DNA from: Takakia lepidozioides
Lineage: Eukaryota > Plantae > Bryophyta
Assembly: GCA_030704615.1 (NCBI GenBank)
Contig: CM060734.1
Span: 5,518,001 to 5,582,000 of the forward strand
Direction of reading: 5' to 3'
DNA length: 64,000 nucleotides
Below the pieces are notes generated by a model that was given only the letters and a program-made list of their open reading frames with translations, searched no databases and had not been told where the DNA came from. The first letter of the stretch is position 1. Every line of letters starts with the position of its first letter. Below, piece after piece: positions 50,268 through 62,495 of the stretch. The translations under genes were made by a program, and so were the position numbers.

Positions 50268-51840
50268 CTAATGAGCTGAATCATGTGACTTCATTTTATT
50301 GATGGTATGCTTATTGGCCGGGCTCCCAAATGCTTCAACTGCATCCAGTAGAGCATCGAACTCGTCGGTGTCAAGCTTGCATCTTTCGCCCCCATCGGCG
50401 GATATAATATGCTGCATGACAATGGTCTGCGCCGCACTCAGTTCGACAGCTTTTGGTCGTGCCGACGGAGACCTAATGAGCTCTTCTTTCAAAACCTCCT
50501 TTGCACGCGTCGCAGCTTCTCTAGATGCGCCTGTCGCACTCCTATGGGTGTGGCATCCCACATGGACTGCACATCGTGTCATAGCAGGAGGTCCACAGAC
50601 GTAAAACATCTTTGCCGGACAAGCCTCCATACTGGTTGGAGGCTGGTTGCAAATGGCGCAGACAAACGTCTTTTTTGCGCTTGAAATTTGGTATCTGACG
50701 TTCCGAGCCACAAAGTGTCGTTGTGATACCTCTCCCTCACAAAAAAATGGGCAAGCTGCCCGGACACATTTCAAACTCCCAACACAGGTGACATATCTGC
50801 AACGCACCGCCATCCCAAGAAATTCAGTGAAGTGGGAAGACAATCACATTTTGGTTGACTTTGGGAATTCGGCACAGACTTCTCAAAGGATGTCACCGAT
50901 CCTGAATAGTACCGGAAGATAGGAAGACATACACGGGAAATCGGCATAGACTTCTCAAAGTAAGTGACACATTCTGAAATTGATGAAAATTCTCACAAAA
51001 CCGGAAGATAGCAAGAGACACACGGAAATCGGCACAGACTTCAGGAAGGATGAGAGACCAACAAACCTGACTGCCGTGTCTTTCTTCTCCAGCAACGGCA
51101 ATTTCAGATTTGTGGTTTTTGTTATAGTCCAGGGGTTTCCGTCATATTTCCGGTCCATGCCGTCCAGCTGGCCCGCTGCAGTGCTATTTTCTATCAGCGG
51201 CAACTCGTACACAATGTCCCCATCTACTCTTCTGGGTAAATGGTTCACCTTCACTATTTGAATACTACCAAAGTCGATCCTTGAAAGCTCGCTACGGGAT
51301 GTGGTGTTGGTGCGAAGAAGCTGCAAGACCTCCACCATTGATTTTTTGTACCGACAGCTGCGGCTCTGTGAGTAAACACCTCGGCGTCCACTTCAAGTGC
51401 ATCCTCGTCCTTCATGGTCTTTGTGCGCATGCGCGGAGGTGCAGAGTATGCTCGTCTGCTGCCAACCACCATACAGTCCTCATCCTCGTCACTTAAAATT
51501 TGAATACCCTCCGTCTTCGCAGCACGTGGGCCAAAAATGGATGCGGCAGTTGGTGGAGTAAGGGATGCCGACACACTCGACGATGACGCTTGCAGGTGTA
51601 TTGTGTGGAATGACGTAGGCCCTCGCAACATCATCTCGTGCCGGGCTGACAATTTGTGTCTCCACAACGCCATCCTCCCCCACCTCCTTGACTTCGAAAA
51701 CAACCGTCCTAGGCTGTAATGCAAAGCGAGATCTAAGAACCTTATCTGTGAATATCATTGAACCGTCCTTGGCTTCCACTCTTACAGTTGCATTTGCAGA
51801 TGGACATGTTAGGCAAACGCACTCTGCCATGTTGACAATG
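50268..51840 (-). mobile_element. MULE-like transposase, N-terminal half (GCM/WRKY-like Zn region)
   Basis: CVGSLKC...CPF, CAIC, CPAKMFYV...CAVHVGCHTH; intron 50860-51065 carries the same repeat motif. Confidence 0.55.
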
Positions 51841-52019
51841 AAAGAGTAGAAGGTGTGCTTAGAAACAGAGTGTAAGTACAAAACAGAATGATGTCAGTGT
51901 ATATATATACATTGAAAAATTTGAAAGGGAGGGGTCCTTCTCTAGTACTTTCCAGGTGGCGGCAACTTTGGCATTTAGCAAACGGCATTCGTTTGGCATT
52001 TTATCAACGGCACCTTACA

Positions 52020-52600
52020 TTTCGGAATCCGCGCCAATCGCAAACCTTCGGAATGATTGCCGGAAGTCTGCAACGACTTCACGGAAGGGCACTGTATCCC
52101 GGAGTTGGACCCACGAAGTCGGTCATTGCCGGGAGAAGTGCAACCAGGAAGTCGGTGCAGAATTGCTGGCCAGCTTCCGGCGACACTAACCAGAAGCCCA
52201 CCGCTGGTAGCCCCAAACACGACATCGCAAAGAATGCGCAGCCGACGGTCTCAGCCTACTTCGGGCATTATACTGCCGAAAGTCTGCGCCGACTTCCGGG
52301 AATGGACTACCGGAATCAAGTTCTTGCCCAGTTGGATGCACGAAAACGGCAAGTCTGTGCTGGCTTCCGGTATGTCCTGATAGGAATTTTCCAAAATATG
52401 CCAAAATGGCCTTGGCGGGAATATGTCTTCTGGGATTGCCCGAAATATAACGGGGGAAGTCTGTGCCAACTTGCCGGAAGTGCACTCCAGGCAACCATGA
52501 AACTCCTACTCTGTGCGGACTTACGGCAATGTTCCCGGAGAGTCTGTGCCGACTTCCCGGAAAACGGTCAGGGAAGTCCGCGCCGGCAATGTGCGGCGGG
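52020..52600. repeat. Subterminal array of the GGAAGTC-N6-GACTTCC palindrome
   Basis: About 10 imperfect copies of GGAAGTCTG(T/C)GCCGACTTCC. Confidence 0.75.
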
Positions 52601-52809
52601 CAGGCTTCACGGAGATGAGGGGGTAGAGTTGCGTCTTCCGGGGCGCCCAAACCGCCTCATCGTTTCCACAGTAGCTCCTTCACTTCATCGTTCACTCTAT
52701 CCAAACCTTCTGCCCCTTCGTGGATTGTAGCAGTATTGCAATGCTTGCGGAGAGCGTGCACGTTTTTTGCAGCAGCCATGGAGGTTATTGGTGAGCTTCC
52801 TCTCCTCGA

Positions 52810-53680
52810 GGTGTGCAAAATAATGTGCAAGCTCTTCAAGCTCCTCCAAACCATTTAAAGGAAATCCAAGCTTCAGAAAATCAAGTGCAAATAGTCTTGG
52901 CAGCTCAGGGAAATGGTGGGAGACTGTGGACAAGTCCCTGCATTGAGTCTTTGTTGAATTTGTGGGAGGAGAAACATTGGGGACACATGAGAGAGGTGAA
53001 TTGAAAAGAGTTTGCAAAGTTGTTCAACCTGAACTTTGCAAATCATGTGCAACGGACCTGGAAGCAATGTAGAGCCAAAATCAACAAGATGAAGGACAAG
53101 TATATAGACGAGAAAGAGAAGACTAATGTAACAGGTGCCGTTCCTTTATAATTGGTCTTGGTTTGATAGGTTCGACAACATTTTGGGAGGAACCTCGAAA
53201 ATTAGTGGTGTACCTCATGTTGTCGATGAGGGAGTTCATTCTACTCATACTGAGATTGTTGAAGTGAGTGATGATTGATGATATGTTTCCACACACTCAG
53301 CAGGAAGATGTGTCGAGGACTCCTAGTGAACGCAGAACTCCTGTTTTTTGTGAAGGTGTTGAGGGTGTTGCACTCGAGCAGTCTGCTTCGCCTAATTCAC
53401 CATGGACCAGAGCTTGCAAGCTCCCTGGTGTGTAGGGAAAGCCCAATGGGAAAGCAGAGAAGAAGAAGAGGTATTTGTCTGTGGGGTCCTCTACAATTGT
53501 AGATGCCATCAAAGACTTCGGTGATGGTGTGAAAGAAATAGAGAAGCTAAAGATGGAAATGACTGCTCGAGACTCATAACTCAGATGCTTCAGAGTGAAC
53601 AGGCAAGGAGAGAGATGATAGTGCAAGGACAATTGCAAATGACCGCCCTCTTTGCAGAGGTTATGAAGCCTAAAGAATAA
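52810..53680 (+). pseudogene. Myb/SANT-like trihelix ORF (Harbinger ORF2 or GT-factor type), decayed
   Basis: Manual translation LWTSPCIESLLNLWEEK...N*KEFAK...RTWKQCRAKINKMKDKY...WFDRFDNILGG, with a C-terminal coiled coil. Confidence 0.65.
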
Positions 53681-53847
53681 TACAGAGCTTGGTATGGTTT
53701 ACCTGGTGCTTCTTTAAGTTATGTGTGGGAAAGCATCCAATGCAGAGTGAGAGCTTGCTGCAATAAAAAATGGTTTGATTTCAATACCAAATGGAGTACA
53801 GAATGGGCGTTTAGGCCTCAGCTGGATTATCTGTCAACCACTGCTCA

Positions 53848-54570
53848 CACTACAGGAAAAAGGGGGGGGGGTAGCGACGCCTCGGCGTCGCTAACCGCCC
53901 GTTTTGGGCACAGGGACGGCGCCATTTTTGCGACGCCGGGGTGTCGCAGGCCCATTGCACGAGAGTCGTTAAAAAAACGTTGCAATTATGCGACGGATGG
54001 GGGTTGCAAGCCCCCACCCCCCTCCTGCGACGCCCGACGTCGCCTTTTCGGGCTGGTCCATGGCGCTGGCGGGCCTCCTGCTAGCGACGCCGGACCGTCG
54101 CTGCCCTCCAGCCGACGACATTGGATGGGGCAATGGCTCGGCGTCGCAAAAAAGTTTTTTTCTAAAATGCCCCGGGCGTCGCATACAAAAACAAAAAATG
54201 CCATGGCACAAGCCGGGTGTTGGATCAGCGACGCCGCTCCGTCGCTGCTAGCGACTCCGGGCGTGGCAAAGAAAAACACCCGTGCCAGCTGGAGCCAGTC
54301 GGTGCGACGCCCAGCCGTGGGTTCCGCGACGCGCTGGCGTTGCATGGTAGAATTTCAATCAAAAAATAAAAACACTGCGCGGCCAGCCGGTGTTGGGATC
54401 AGCGACGCCATGTGTTGCTACTAGGACCCCCGGTGGGAAAAAAACGTCGCAGAGGGGGTCGGGCGTTGCTACCGGCGTGGGTTCTGCGACGCCCGGCGTC
54501 GGATCTTGCGACCCCTGCCAAAAAAACCGTCGCAAGAGCGCTAGTCTTAGCAACGCCCTTCCGTCGCAAG
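53848..54570 (+). mobile_element. CACTA element terminus with subterminal repeats
   Basis: CACTACAGGAAAAAGGGG TIR followed by many GCGACGCC/GGCGTCGC motifs in both orientations; no partner TIR seen. Confidence 0.75.
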
Positions 54571-54991
54571 GCCATCCTGGTGGGGGGGGGGGGGATTGGG
54601 GGTTGATTTTGGGGGTGAATTGGGAGTGGTTTTTGTTTTTTCCCTGGTTTGTTTTGGGGTGTTGGGAGACCTTACAGCTTCCATTGCTCTGATTTAGCAG
54701 GTACACATTGAGCAAGCATGAATCGAGGATGAGCCGGTGCGACACATGAATAAGATGAAAGATGGAAAGATTAAAATATATTTACAAGCAATGAGCAGAA
54801 ATGCTTTGCTTATAAGGGTTCAGTAGGCTGACCCTGGGACCTACACGGACTATGACTAGTATCCTCATCCTCATCCTAAGAGGAGGACTCATAGCTATCG
54901 ATGAGCCTGAGTGACTCCGCGCCTTGTGGAGCACCTAAGCAGGGCGGGTTCCCCTAAGTCCACAGAGTCTCATCCGATCCCTGCCATGACC

Positions 54992-55031
54992 ACCCCCCCC
55001 CCCCCCCCCCAAAAGAAAAAAGAAGAAAAAA

Positions 55032-55070
<39 letters not shown>

Positions 55071-55089
55071 AAAAAAAAAAAAACAAAAA

Positions 55090-55140
<51 letters not shown>

Positions 55141-55422
55141 AAAAAAAAAAGAGAAAAAACAGAAAACAAAAAAAAAAAAAAAAAACAAAAAAAAAAAAAG
55201 AAAAAAGAAATAAAAAAAGAAAATAAAAAAAAAACAAAAAAACAAACAACAAACCAAAAACAAAAAAAAAAAAACAAAAAAAAAAAAAAAAAAAAAAAAA
55301 AAAACAAAAATAAAAAAAAAAAAAACGAAAACAAACAACTAAAAAAAAAAAAACCCCACCCCCACCCAGCACCCCCCCCCCCCCCCCCCCCCCCCCACCC
55401 CCCCCCCCCCCCCCCCCCCCCC
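54992..55422. other. Poly-C/poly-A/poly-C low-complexity tract, probable sequencing or assembly artefact
   Basis: Only long homopolymer runs; gives spurious poly-Phe and poly-Lys ORFs. Confidence 0.7.
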
Positions 55423-57139
55423 TCATCCATACTAGTGCCCGTTAGTGCAATCATCCCCTACGTGTTGGCCATGTTGTCATGAGGGATTGCCAACCATGCT
55501 CCCTGGCGTAGTTATACTCTACCGGAGATGGCTCCTCTCAACGCGCGTTGCTATACATGCCACAAATTAAAGTCAGTTCCTCACGATGATGGAGCCAAAA
55601 AGAAGACAACAAAATACATAGGGAAGTATGACTTACAAATTGCAAGATAAAACCCTTGGATCCACCGGGGCCCCACTTGTGTGTGGGTTCGTGCTTGTCA
55701 AGGCGGGCTGTTGTTGCTTCGCATGCTTGCTCAAATTTGGCCTTTTTTGCCGCATTATTCTCTCCCGCATTGAGTGCATCCCATGATACCCTACCTATCG
55801 CCCCCCCCCCCCAAAAAAAAAACAATTAGTGAATTACACACATACGTTGCATCTGTTGAGCAGCTTTTACTCACCCATCCCTTAGTTATCCGAGGTGGAA
55901 ACTCCAAGATAGAAGAGTTGGAAATCTCTTAAGTACTCAACCCGCTCGAACAATCAGTCATGACCTACAGTAGTGTATCATGGGGGTGTTTTCCTATATC
56001 GGTTCCTTCTTGCATTCATGTTTGGTATGTTACCCTATTGCCTATGATTTAGTATCAGATTGCTTCTGCAATTTACCATGTTCCATCTACTTAAGCATTC
56101 ATTCCACAGCTTCACTCGGGTCTCTCTACACAGTGTGAGTATAAAATGTATCGTATTAATATCTATCATGTGTCAGGCCGAAGCCATGGTGTCGCACACC
56201 TCCACTTCGGTAAGCTCCCCTTCAAGTCATAGGTACTTGCTTTGATGCGCGGCGCCTAACTCCCAACCTGGCCGCCGGGCCAAACTTGGAGCTTCGGGCT
56301 GCTCACCGGGGCATAACGGTCCCCCTTTGATCTCCCAAAGAACCCTCCACCGATTTGGGTCCAGCGGGAATTCCCTTTGGTAGTTGGTAGTCCGGAACAG
56401 CTCCCCACTTTGGTCGCTTTCCGGCTCGCCTCGCTTACTCACTAGTTTTTGGTCACCAACGGGCTTGCACCGTTCTCGGGGTTACTACTCCCTATATATA
56501 CTCTGTAGTGTCCGCGGGGGTTTCACAACCAGCCAGCCATTGCCTTTATGGCGAACCACCACGAAAACCCTCGACTCCCGTGATGAGTCGCGGTGAGTCT
56601 TGGCCCACTCACAAGGGCCCCTATGGACCGTGATGAGTCCCAAGACTCTCCACGACTCCCACCACGAGGTCTCGCCCCCATGGTGAGTCCTATGCCACCC
56701 CACTAAGTACCGCTAGCTACCACCACCCCTTTGTGGAGCCACCCCCACCGCAACCCGGTGTGCGGGGCTCCACCTAGTGAGTGCCTCCGCCTCCTTGAGT
56801 GCCTTGGGCACTCAAGGGTGCTTCAGCCCCCCCATACCTATCGCTGCCGCTGCCCCCACCACAGGGGCAGCCCCTCATGTGTCCCGACCCCCTGCCCTCA
56901 AGGCAAAGGGCCGCGACACATGGTGTCTCTATTCTGCCCTACAGTACATCTTCTACAGCTTGCATGTATCAAACAACAACAGATCATCTCTCTTCCTCCG
57001 TGTGCTCTCCATCCCTGTGCTCCCTGAAGTGATGCCCTCCATGTAGCTACTCTACATAATATGTTTGCAAGCTGTTCTAACCGCTTAACTAACTAACTAA
57101 CTACCAGCCAAGACAGTACGTAAGTACTGCCGTTCCCTC

Positions 57140-59545
57140 TGTTGGTGACGTTCCCTGTGTCAAGTTGTGACCTGTGTGACACTTTGACGGGCTGTGTCAG
57201 GCTGTGACTGTGTCAGACTGTGACTGGCTGTGACGATGCCTAGCTGTGACAAACTATGACAAACTGTGACAGGCTGTGATAGGCTATGTAAGCCTGTGAC
57301 TGCAGACTGTGTGAGCCTGTCTACCACCCCTAAGGCCTGTGCTGGTCTGAGTCTGCCACACCTTCAGGACTATGCTAGTTTGAGTCTATCACACCTTAAG
57401 GCCTACGCAAAATTAAGGGTACCCCACAGAACCCTTAAAACTGTCTAAGTCCCAGACAACCCTATAACATTATCCCCCCCCCTCTCTCAAAAAGCCGTGC
57501 CCTCACGGTTTATTGCTTAGAGCCAGGAAACCTTTGAAATGTGGCACCAGTATGCTGATGAGAGCCTTTAGGAGGGCTCTGTGTATGAGCCCGAGCCGTG
57601 TCTTTGGCTGGTGGGGATGATTGCCGACTAGATGGAGCAGACTGTCCTGTCTTGGGTTGATATGGTGGCAATTTCTCAAGCATAGGAGATCCTCGTCGTT
57701 TCTTCTCCTCCATTTGTCTCTCATAATCCTCAGCCATGTCAAAATTGCCCTCCAAAGAACCAGTGGTATTAGAATCAGTGTCCCCCCTCTGGCCTTTCGG
57801 TCTCATGGGCTTCATTGGAAGTTTAAGTGGCATACAGTGTATGCCCACCATGTCTGGAACATTGTGTAATACGACTTGTGCAAGCTTCTTGCGAGCAAGA
57901 CTAGTATAAGCCCGTAGCTCCGCATCTGTATAGCTGCGTGGCATGCCTATCATCTTTTGAAAATTGCAGCCATTTCCTGGCCTCATGCCCCTTGGGAAAA
58001 ATGTGGTCATAGTCCAAGTTCTCCTTGGCCAAGTGCTCTAGAGCATAAGAGAACCAAAGACAAAGTTTTGGATCTCATTGAAGCATGACCCTCACATCAT
58101 ACAAATACTTGTGATTTGGAACTGGAGGTAATGTCCAATGCTCCCCACTGGAATAAGTTTGGAACCTCATCTGCATTTTCTGCTGCTCGGTGTGGTAGCG
58201 TAAAACAAAGCAAGCAGCATAGTATATCCCATAGCCCATGACAAGACTAGGAACTTCTCTTGTCTTGGTATAGACAAATCCATGAACGACTTGAAAGGCA
58301 AGTAATTCCTTCAACATTGTTCCTGCCTCAGCCCAACAACGTGCAAAATGATGATCCTCAATGGGTCTATCGGTTGGAAGAACCTTGGTCCGAGTTGCCA
58401 ATGGCAACCAAATGCGCATAATCTGGTAATAATGTGCCAAGGACTAAGGATGACTGAATTCTTTCCAAGCCACATCCATAATTATGGGAATTTGGTTGAA
58501 GGGAAGAACCATAGCTCTACTGCATTCAAGAGCAGCAGGAGTAGCAGGTAGGTTAAAAGAAGCATCACCCCAAACATAGGTACTGATTGCTGCTGTGCCA
58601 TGGTATCAACACTGGCTATCTGAAGTGGCTGATGTGATGTTGCCACAGTCCCTCCTTATGTTAGCAAGGCCGGTACTTCCTGTGCTGGAGATTGAAAAAT
58701 CAAGTCCTTGCTCGCAAATAAGTAGCCAGTAGCTGTTCCTCTCGAACAAAGGCCTTCTTCTCAATGTTGAAACTCAACTCATCCACTTGAGTCTGAAGTC
58801 CTTCCACATCCTCCTGCAACTCGGCTATTCGACTATAGACATTGTCTATAGTGCTTGTGGCAATATTCTGCACCCGTAGCCTGAGATCATTCATCTCATC
58901 TTGAGTCAATTTCCTAGGTACTTTTCCTTCCACTGGCCCTTGTGTCAACAATTCTTGTAAGAGGTGATTGTCCACCAAGTCCTGCGTAGCACTTCGGACG
59001 CTCTACTCCTCCTTGAGCCTATATGTTTCCATCTGCTGTTGTAAACTCTCCATTCGCTGAGGTTCAAACAGAGCTGCATAGGAAGCTGACAGGTTATTGG
59101 CTTCTTTCAATGCCCTTTCACTCACAGAAAGTTCATTATCCCTTACTGTGATCTTTTGTTGCAACTCTAAAAGTTGCCTTCTCGACATTGACCTGTTTCA
59201 ACTGTTGAATTGTATTATCATTGCGACAGAGAGTATCCTTCATGTTAGCAACAAGTTTCCCCTGGTCCAATGCCTCTGTCTCTGCCCATATACATCTCTC
59301 ATTTTGCTTCTTGACTTCCATCGCAGCCAGCTCCAAATTGGTCGTTAGTGTGGCACACTGCATGTTCAGTTTAATGTAATTTCTCCTGCTCAAGACCTGC
59401 CCTGATTAAATTCTCAAGCTGCAGGGCAGCTTTAGAGTCTTCCAAGTCTTGCTGCAACTTGAGGTTGGCCTCCACATCCTCCTTGTTTGCACACTCAGTG
59501 ACAATTCTGGCCTCAAACTCTTGTTTGAGCTCCTCCCGTAATGTT
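57140..59545 (-). mobile_element. 3' end of a non-chromoviral Gypsy: extra coiled-coil ORF remnants, PPT and putative 3' LTR (~57140-57469)
   Basis: Minus-strand PPT GAGAGAGGGGGGGGATAA then TG at 57469; TGTT...AACA ends (left boundary uncertain); broken coiled-coil ORFs at 57510-59545. Confidence 0.55.
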
Positions 59546-59549
59546 GCAA

Positions 59550-62495
59550 ACTGAGTGGAAGGAGGAAAACGGCGAGATTCTGGATATGAGAATTGTAGAA
59601 GAGGTCGACCTAGAAAGGGATGTCCTGAAACGTAGCGCCCCCTACATTCCTTATTTGCAGCAGGGATCAAACGGATTTCGATTTGAGCCGAGGTCATGTT
59701 TCACATCGGAACCAACGACGCAGTTGATCGACATGGCAGTTGGTGGAGAGTCACCAAAGATGGTGAAGGTGGGAGCCCACTCGACAACAGAGCAGGCCTT
59801 GGAGTATCAGGCACTGTTCAAGGAATTTCGGGACATTTTTGCATGGTCCTACACCGAATTGAAGGGAGTGCCTTTCTTACGTGGCAATGCATTCCATTCC
59901 CTTGATTCCGGGAGCCACCCCAAGACGACAACGCGAGAGGAGGGTGAACCCCAACTTAGCACTGCTCATTAAAGCAGAGATTGAAAAGCTGCTGGCCGCA
60001 GAATTTATTTTCCTGGTGGAAACATCAACATGGGTGTCCCCGATGGTGATCGTCCAAAAGAAGAATAGAGGCCTAAGGGTATGCGTGGACTTCCGCCCCC
60101 TTAACAAGGTAACACACAAAGATCATTTTCCCTTGCCATTCATAGATACTTTGGTGGAAGATGTAGCAGGAAAGGAGCTCTACTCCTTCATGGATGGCTT
60201 TTCAGGGTACAATCAGGTATTGATTGACCCAAAGGACGAGTTGAAAACCACCTTTACTTCACCATGGGGCACCTTTGCCTATACACGGATGCCCTTTGGC
60301 CTGTGCAACGCACCCCTGACATTTCAGAGGGTCATGACGTATGCCTTCTCAGACATCGTGAGAAGAAATTTGGTCATCTTCTTAGATGACTTTTGTTGCA
60401 AAGGGGATGCAAAAGATCACGTTGCAGCATTACGGGAGTGCTTCATCCGGTGCAAGGAAAATGGGATCTCTCTCAACCCAATAAAGTGCGTGTTTGCAGT
60501 CACACATGGACTGCTACTAGGGCACATAGTGTCCAAAGATGGCGTGGTGACAGATCCAGCAAAGGTGAGCGCCATAGTCGAATTGCCCGCACCAGAGACA
60601 TCATCTAAGGTGAAAGGGTTCCTTGGGCACACAGGGTGGTATAGGAAATTTATGGACAAGTATGCAGTAGAGGCCTTACATCTGACTCGATTATTGAAAA
60701 AGAACCAGGTATTTTCCTGGGATACAGGGTGTCAGGAGTCTTTCGAGACGCTCAAGCAGCGCTTGGTGTCCGCTCCCGTTTTGGCCACTCCCGACTGGAA
60801 CGACCTTTCCATGTTTATGTTGATGCTTCAGCGGTGGCCGTAGGCTGTGCCCTGTGCCAACCAGATGCTGATGGCCATGATCATCCAATATCTTTCGCCA
60901 GTCGACAGCTGACGTTCGCCGAAATGAGGTATAGCACCACGGAGCGGGAGGCTCTGGGAATGATTTTTGCCGTAAAGAAGTATCGGCATTATTTGTTGGA
61001 GACACCTTTCATTTTTTTTGTTGATCACATGGCATTACGATACTTGATCAACAAACCCGATTTGACGGGAAGAATAGTTAGGTGGGTTATTCTGCTTCAG
61101 GAATTCGACTACAAGGTAGTCTACAAGCCCGGAAGGCTTAATGCTCAAGCCGATCACCTTTCCCGATTGTCGGAGGAAACAGGGGCCGAGCCTGTTGACG
61201 ATAACTTCCCGGATGCATTTTTGTTCTCCATAGAGACCGTTCCTCCATGGTATGAACACATAGCTCAGTATTTAAGCACCATGGAATTTCCCCCAGGATT
61301 GGATCGACATGCGCGACGAAGGCTTTGACTGCGCAGCATGAAGTTTGCTCTTGTGGGAGGGCAACTTTATAGAAGGGGATTGGATGGACTCTTGAGGCGA
61401 TGCGTCACCCCGGAGGAGGTTCCCCAGATTTTAGAGTCAGCCCATGATAGCATGTGCGGAGGACACTTTGCAGGGCGGCTCACAGTGCAGAAGGCTTTGA
61501 GAGCAGGATACTACTGGCCCTCCATGTTCAAAGATGCGCACATGCATGTGCAAAAATGCGACTCTTGTCAGAGATACGCCAAGCGGGATAACAAGCTCGG
61601 AATGCCGTTAGTTCCCACTCTCCCCCTTGCTCTGTTTGAGAAGTGGGGGATCAACTATGTAGGGGAAGTGCACCCCTCATCGAGTCGACAAAATCTCTAC
61701 ATCATTGTAGCCACTGAGTATCTGAACAAGTGGGCAGAAGCCAAAGCGGTTAAGAGAGCCAACGCAAAGGTAACCGCCTCTTTCATTTATGAATATATCA
61801 TTTCCCGATCTGGATGCCCAAAAGAGATAATGAGTGATAGAGGATCTCACTTCATCAACGATGTCATCGAGGAAATGGTGGTGGCATTCTCCATCAAGCA
61901 TCGAAAGGCGACCCCTTATCATCCACAAATGAGGGGGCAGGGGGAGCGCGCCAACCAAACCCTGTGCAACATTCTCTCCAAGACAATCAGGGAGCACAAG
62001 AGGGATTGGGACACCAAGTTAATTTTGGCCTTGTGGGCATTTCGCACAACCCATAAGGTAACTACTTGACGTACCCCCTTTTCATTGGTTTATGGGGTAG
62101 AGTCCATCATGCCAATCGAGACAGAAATCCCATCTCTGCGATTGGCCATTACCGAATGGTTGGCGACATCAGAGTCATTAAAGGAACGACTCGAGATGTT
62201 GGAAGGACTGGATGAACTCCGGCAAGCAGCAGCTCAGCACATTGAGGCAGTGCAACGGCGAAGGAAGGCTCGCTTTGATGCTAAGCGCAAAAAGAGAATC
62301 TTCAATCCAAGAGATCTTGTACTATTATTTGACAGTCGGAACGAGGAGTTCAAAGCCAAGTTCGACTTATACTGGATGGGCCCTTATCTCGTCAAGACAG
62401 TCTTTGACAACGGCTCATTACAACTAGAGACACTAAGGGGAGTGGAGTTCCCCAACCTGGTGAACGGTGTCCGGTGCAAGCACTACTACATGTGA
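59550..62495 (+). mobile_element. Non-chromoviral Gypsy pol (RT-RNase H-integrase) lacking gag and protease upstream
   Basis: FAWSYTELKG, MDGFSGYNQ, FLDD, YVDAS/EREAL/DH/ADHLSR, GGHFAG...CDSC, SDRGSHF, GQGER, WMGPY; frameshifts and stops. Confidence 0.93.

Noticed and set aside
51888-54745. GC-rich ORFs of 280 aa (51888-52730) and 233 aa (53723-54424)
   Set aside because: They overlap subterminal repeat arrays and show no protein motifs.
54935-55482. Poly-Phe, poly-Lys and poly-Gly ORFs
   Set aside because: Translations of homopolymer runs, most likely a base-calling or assembly artefact.
56520-56700. Possible hammerhead ribozyme (GTGATGAG...GAAA)
   Set aside because: The core is not CTGATGA and the required stems could not be built.
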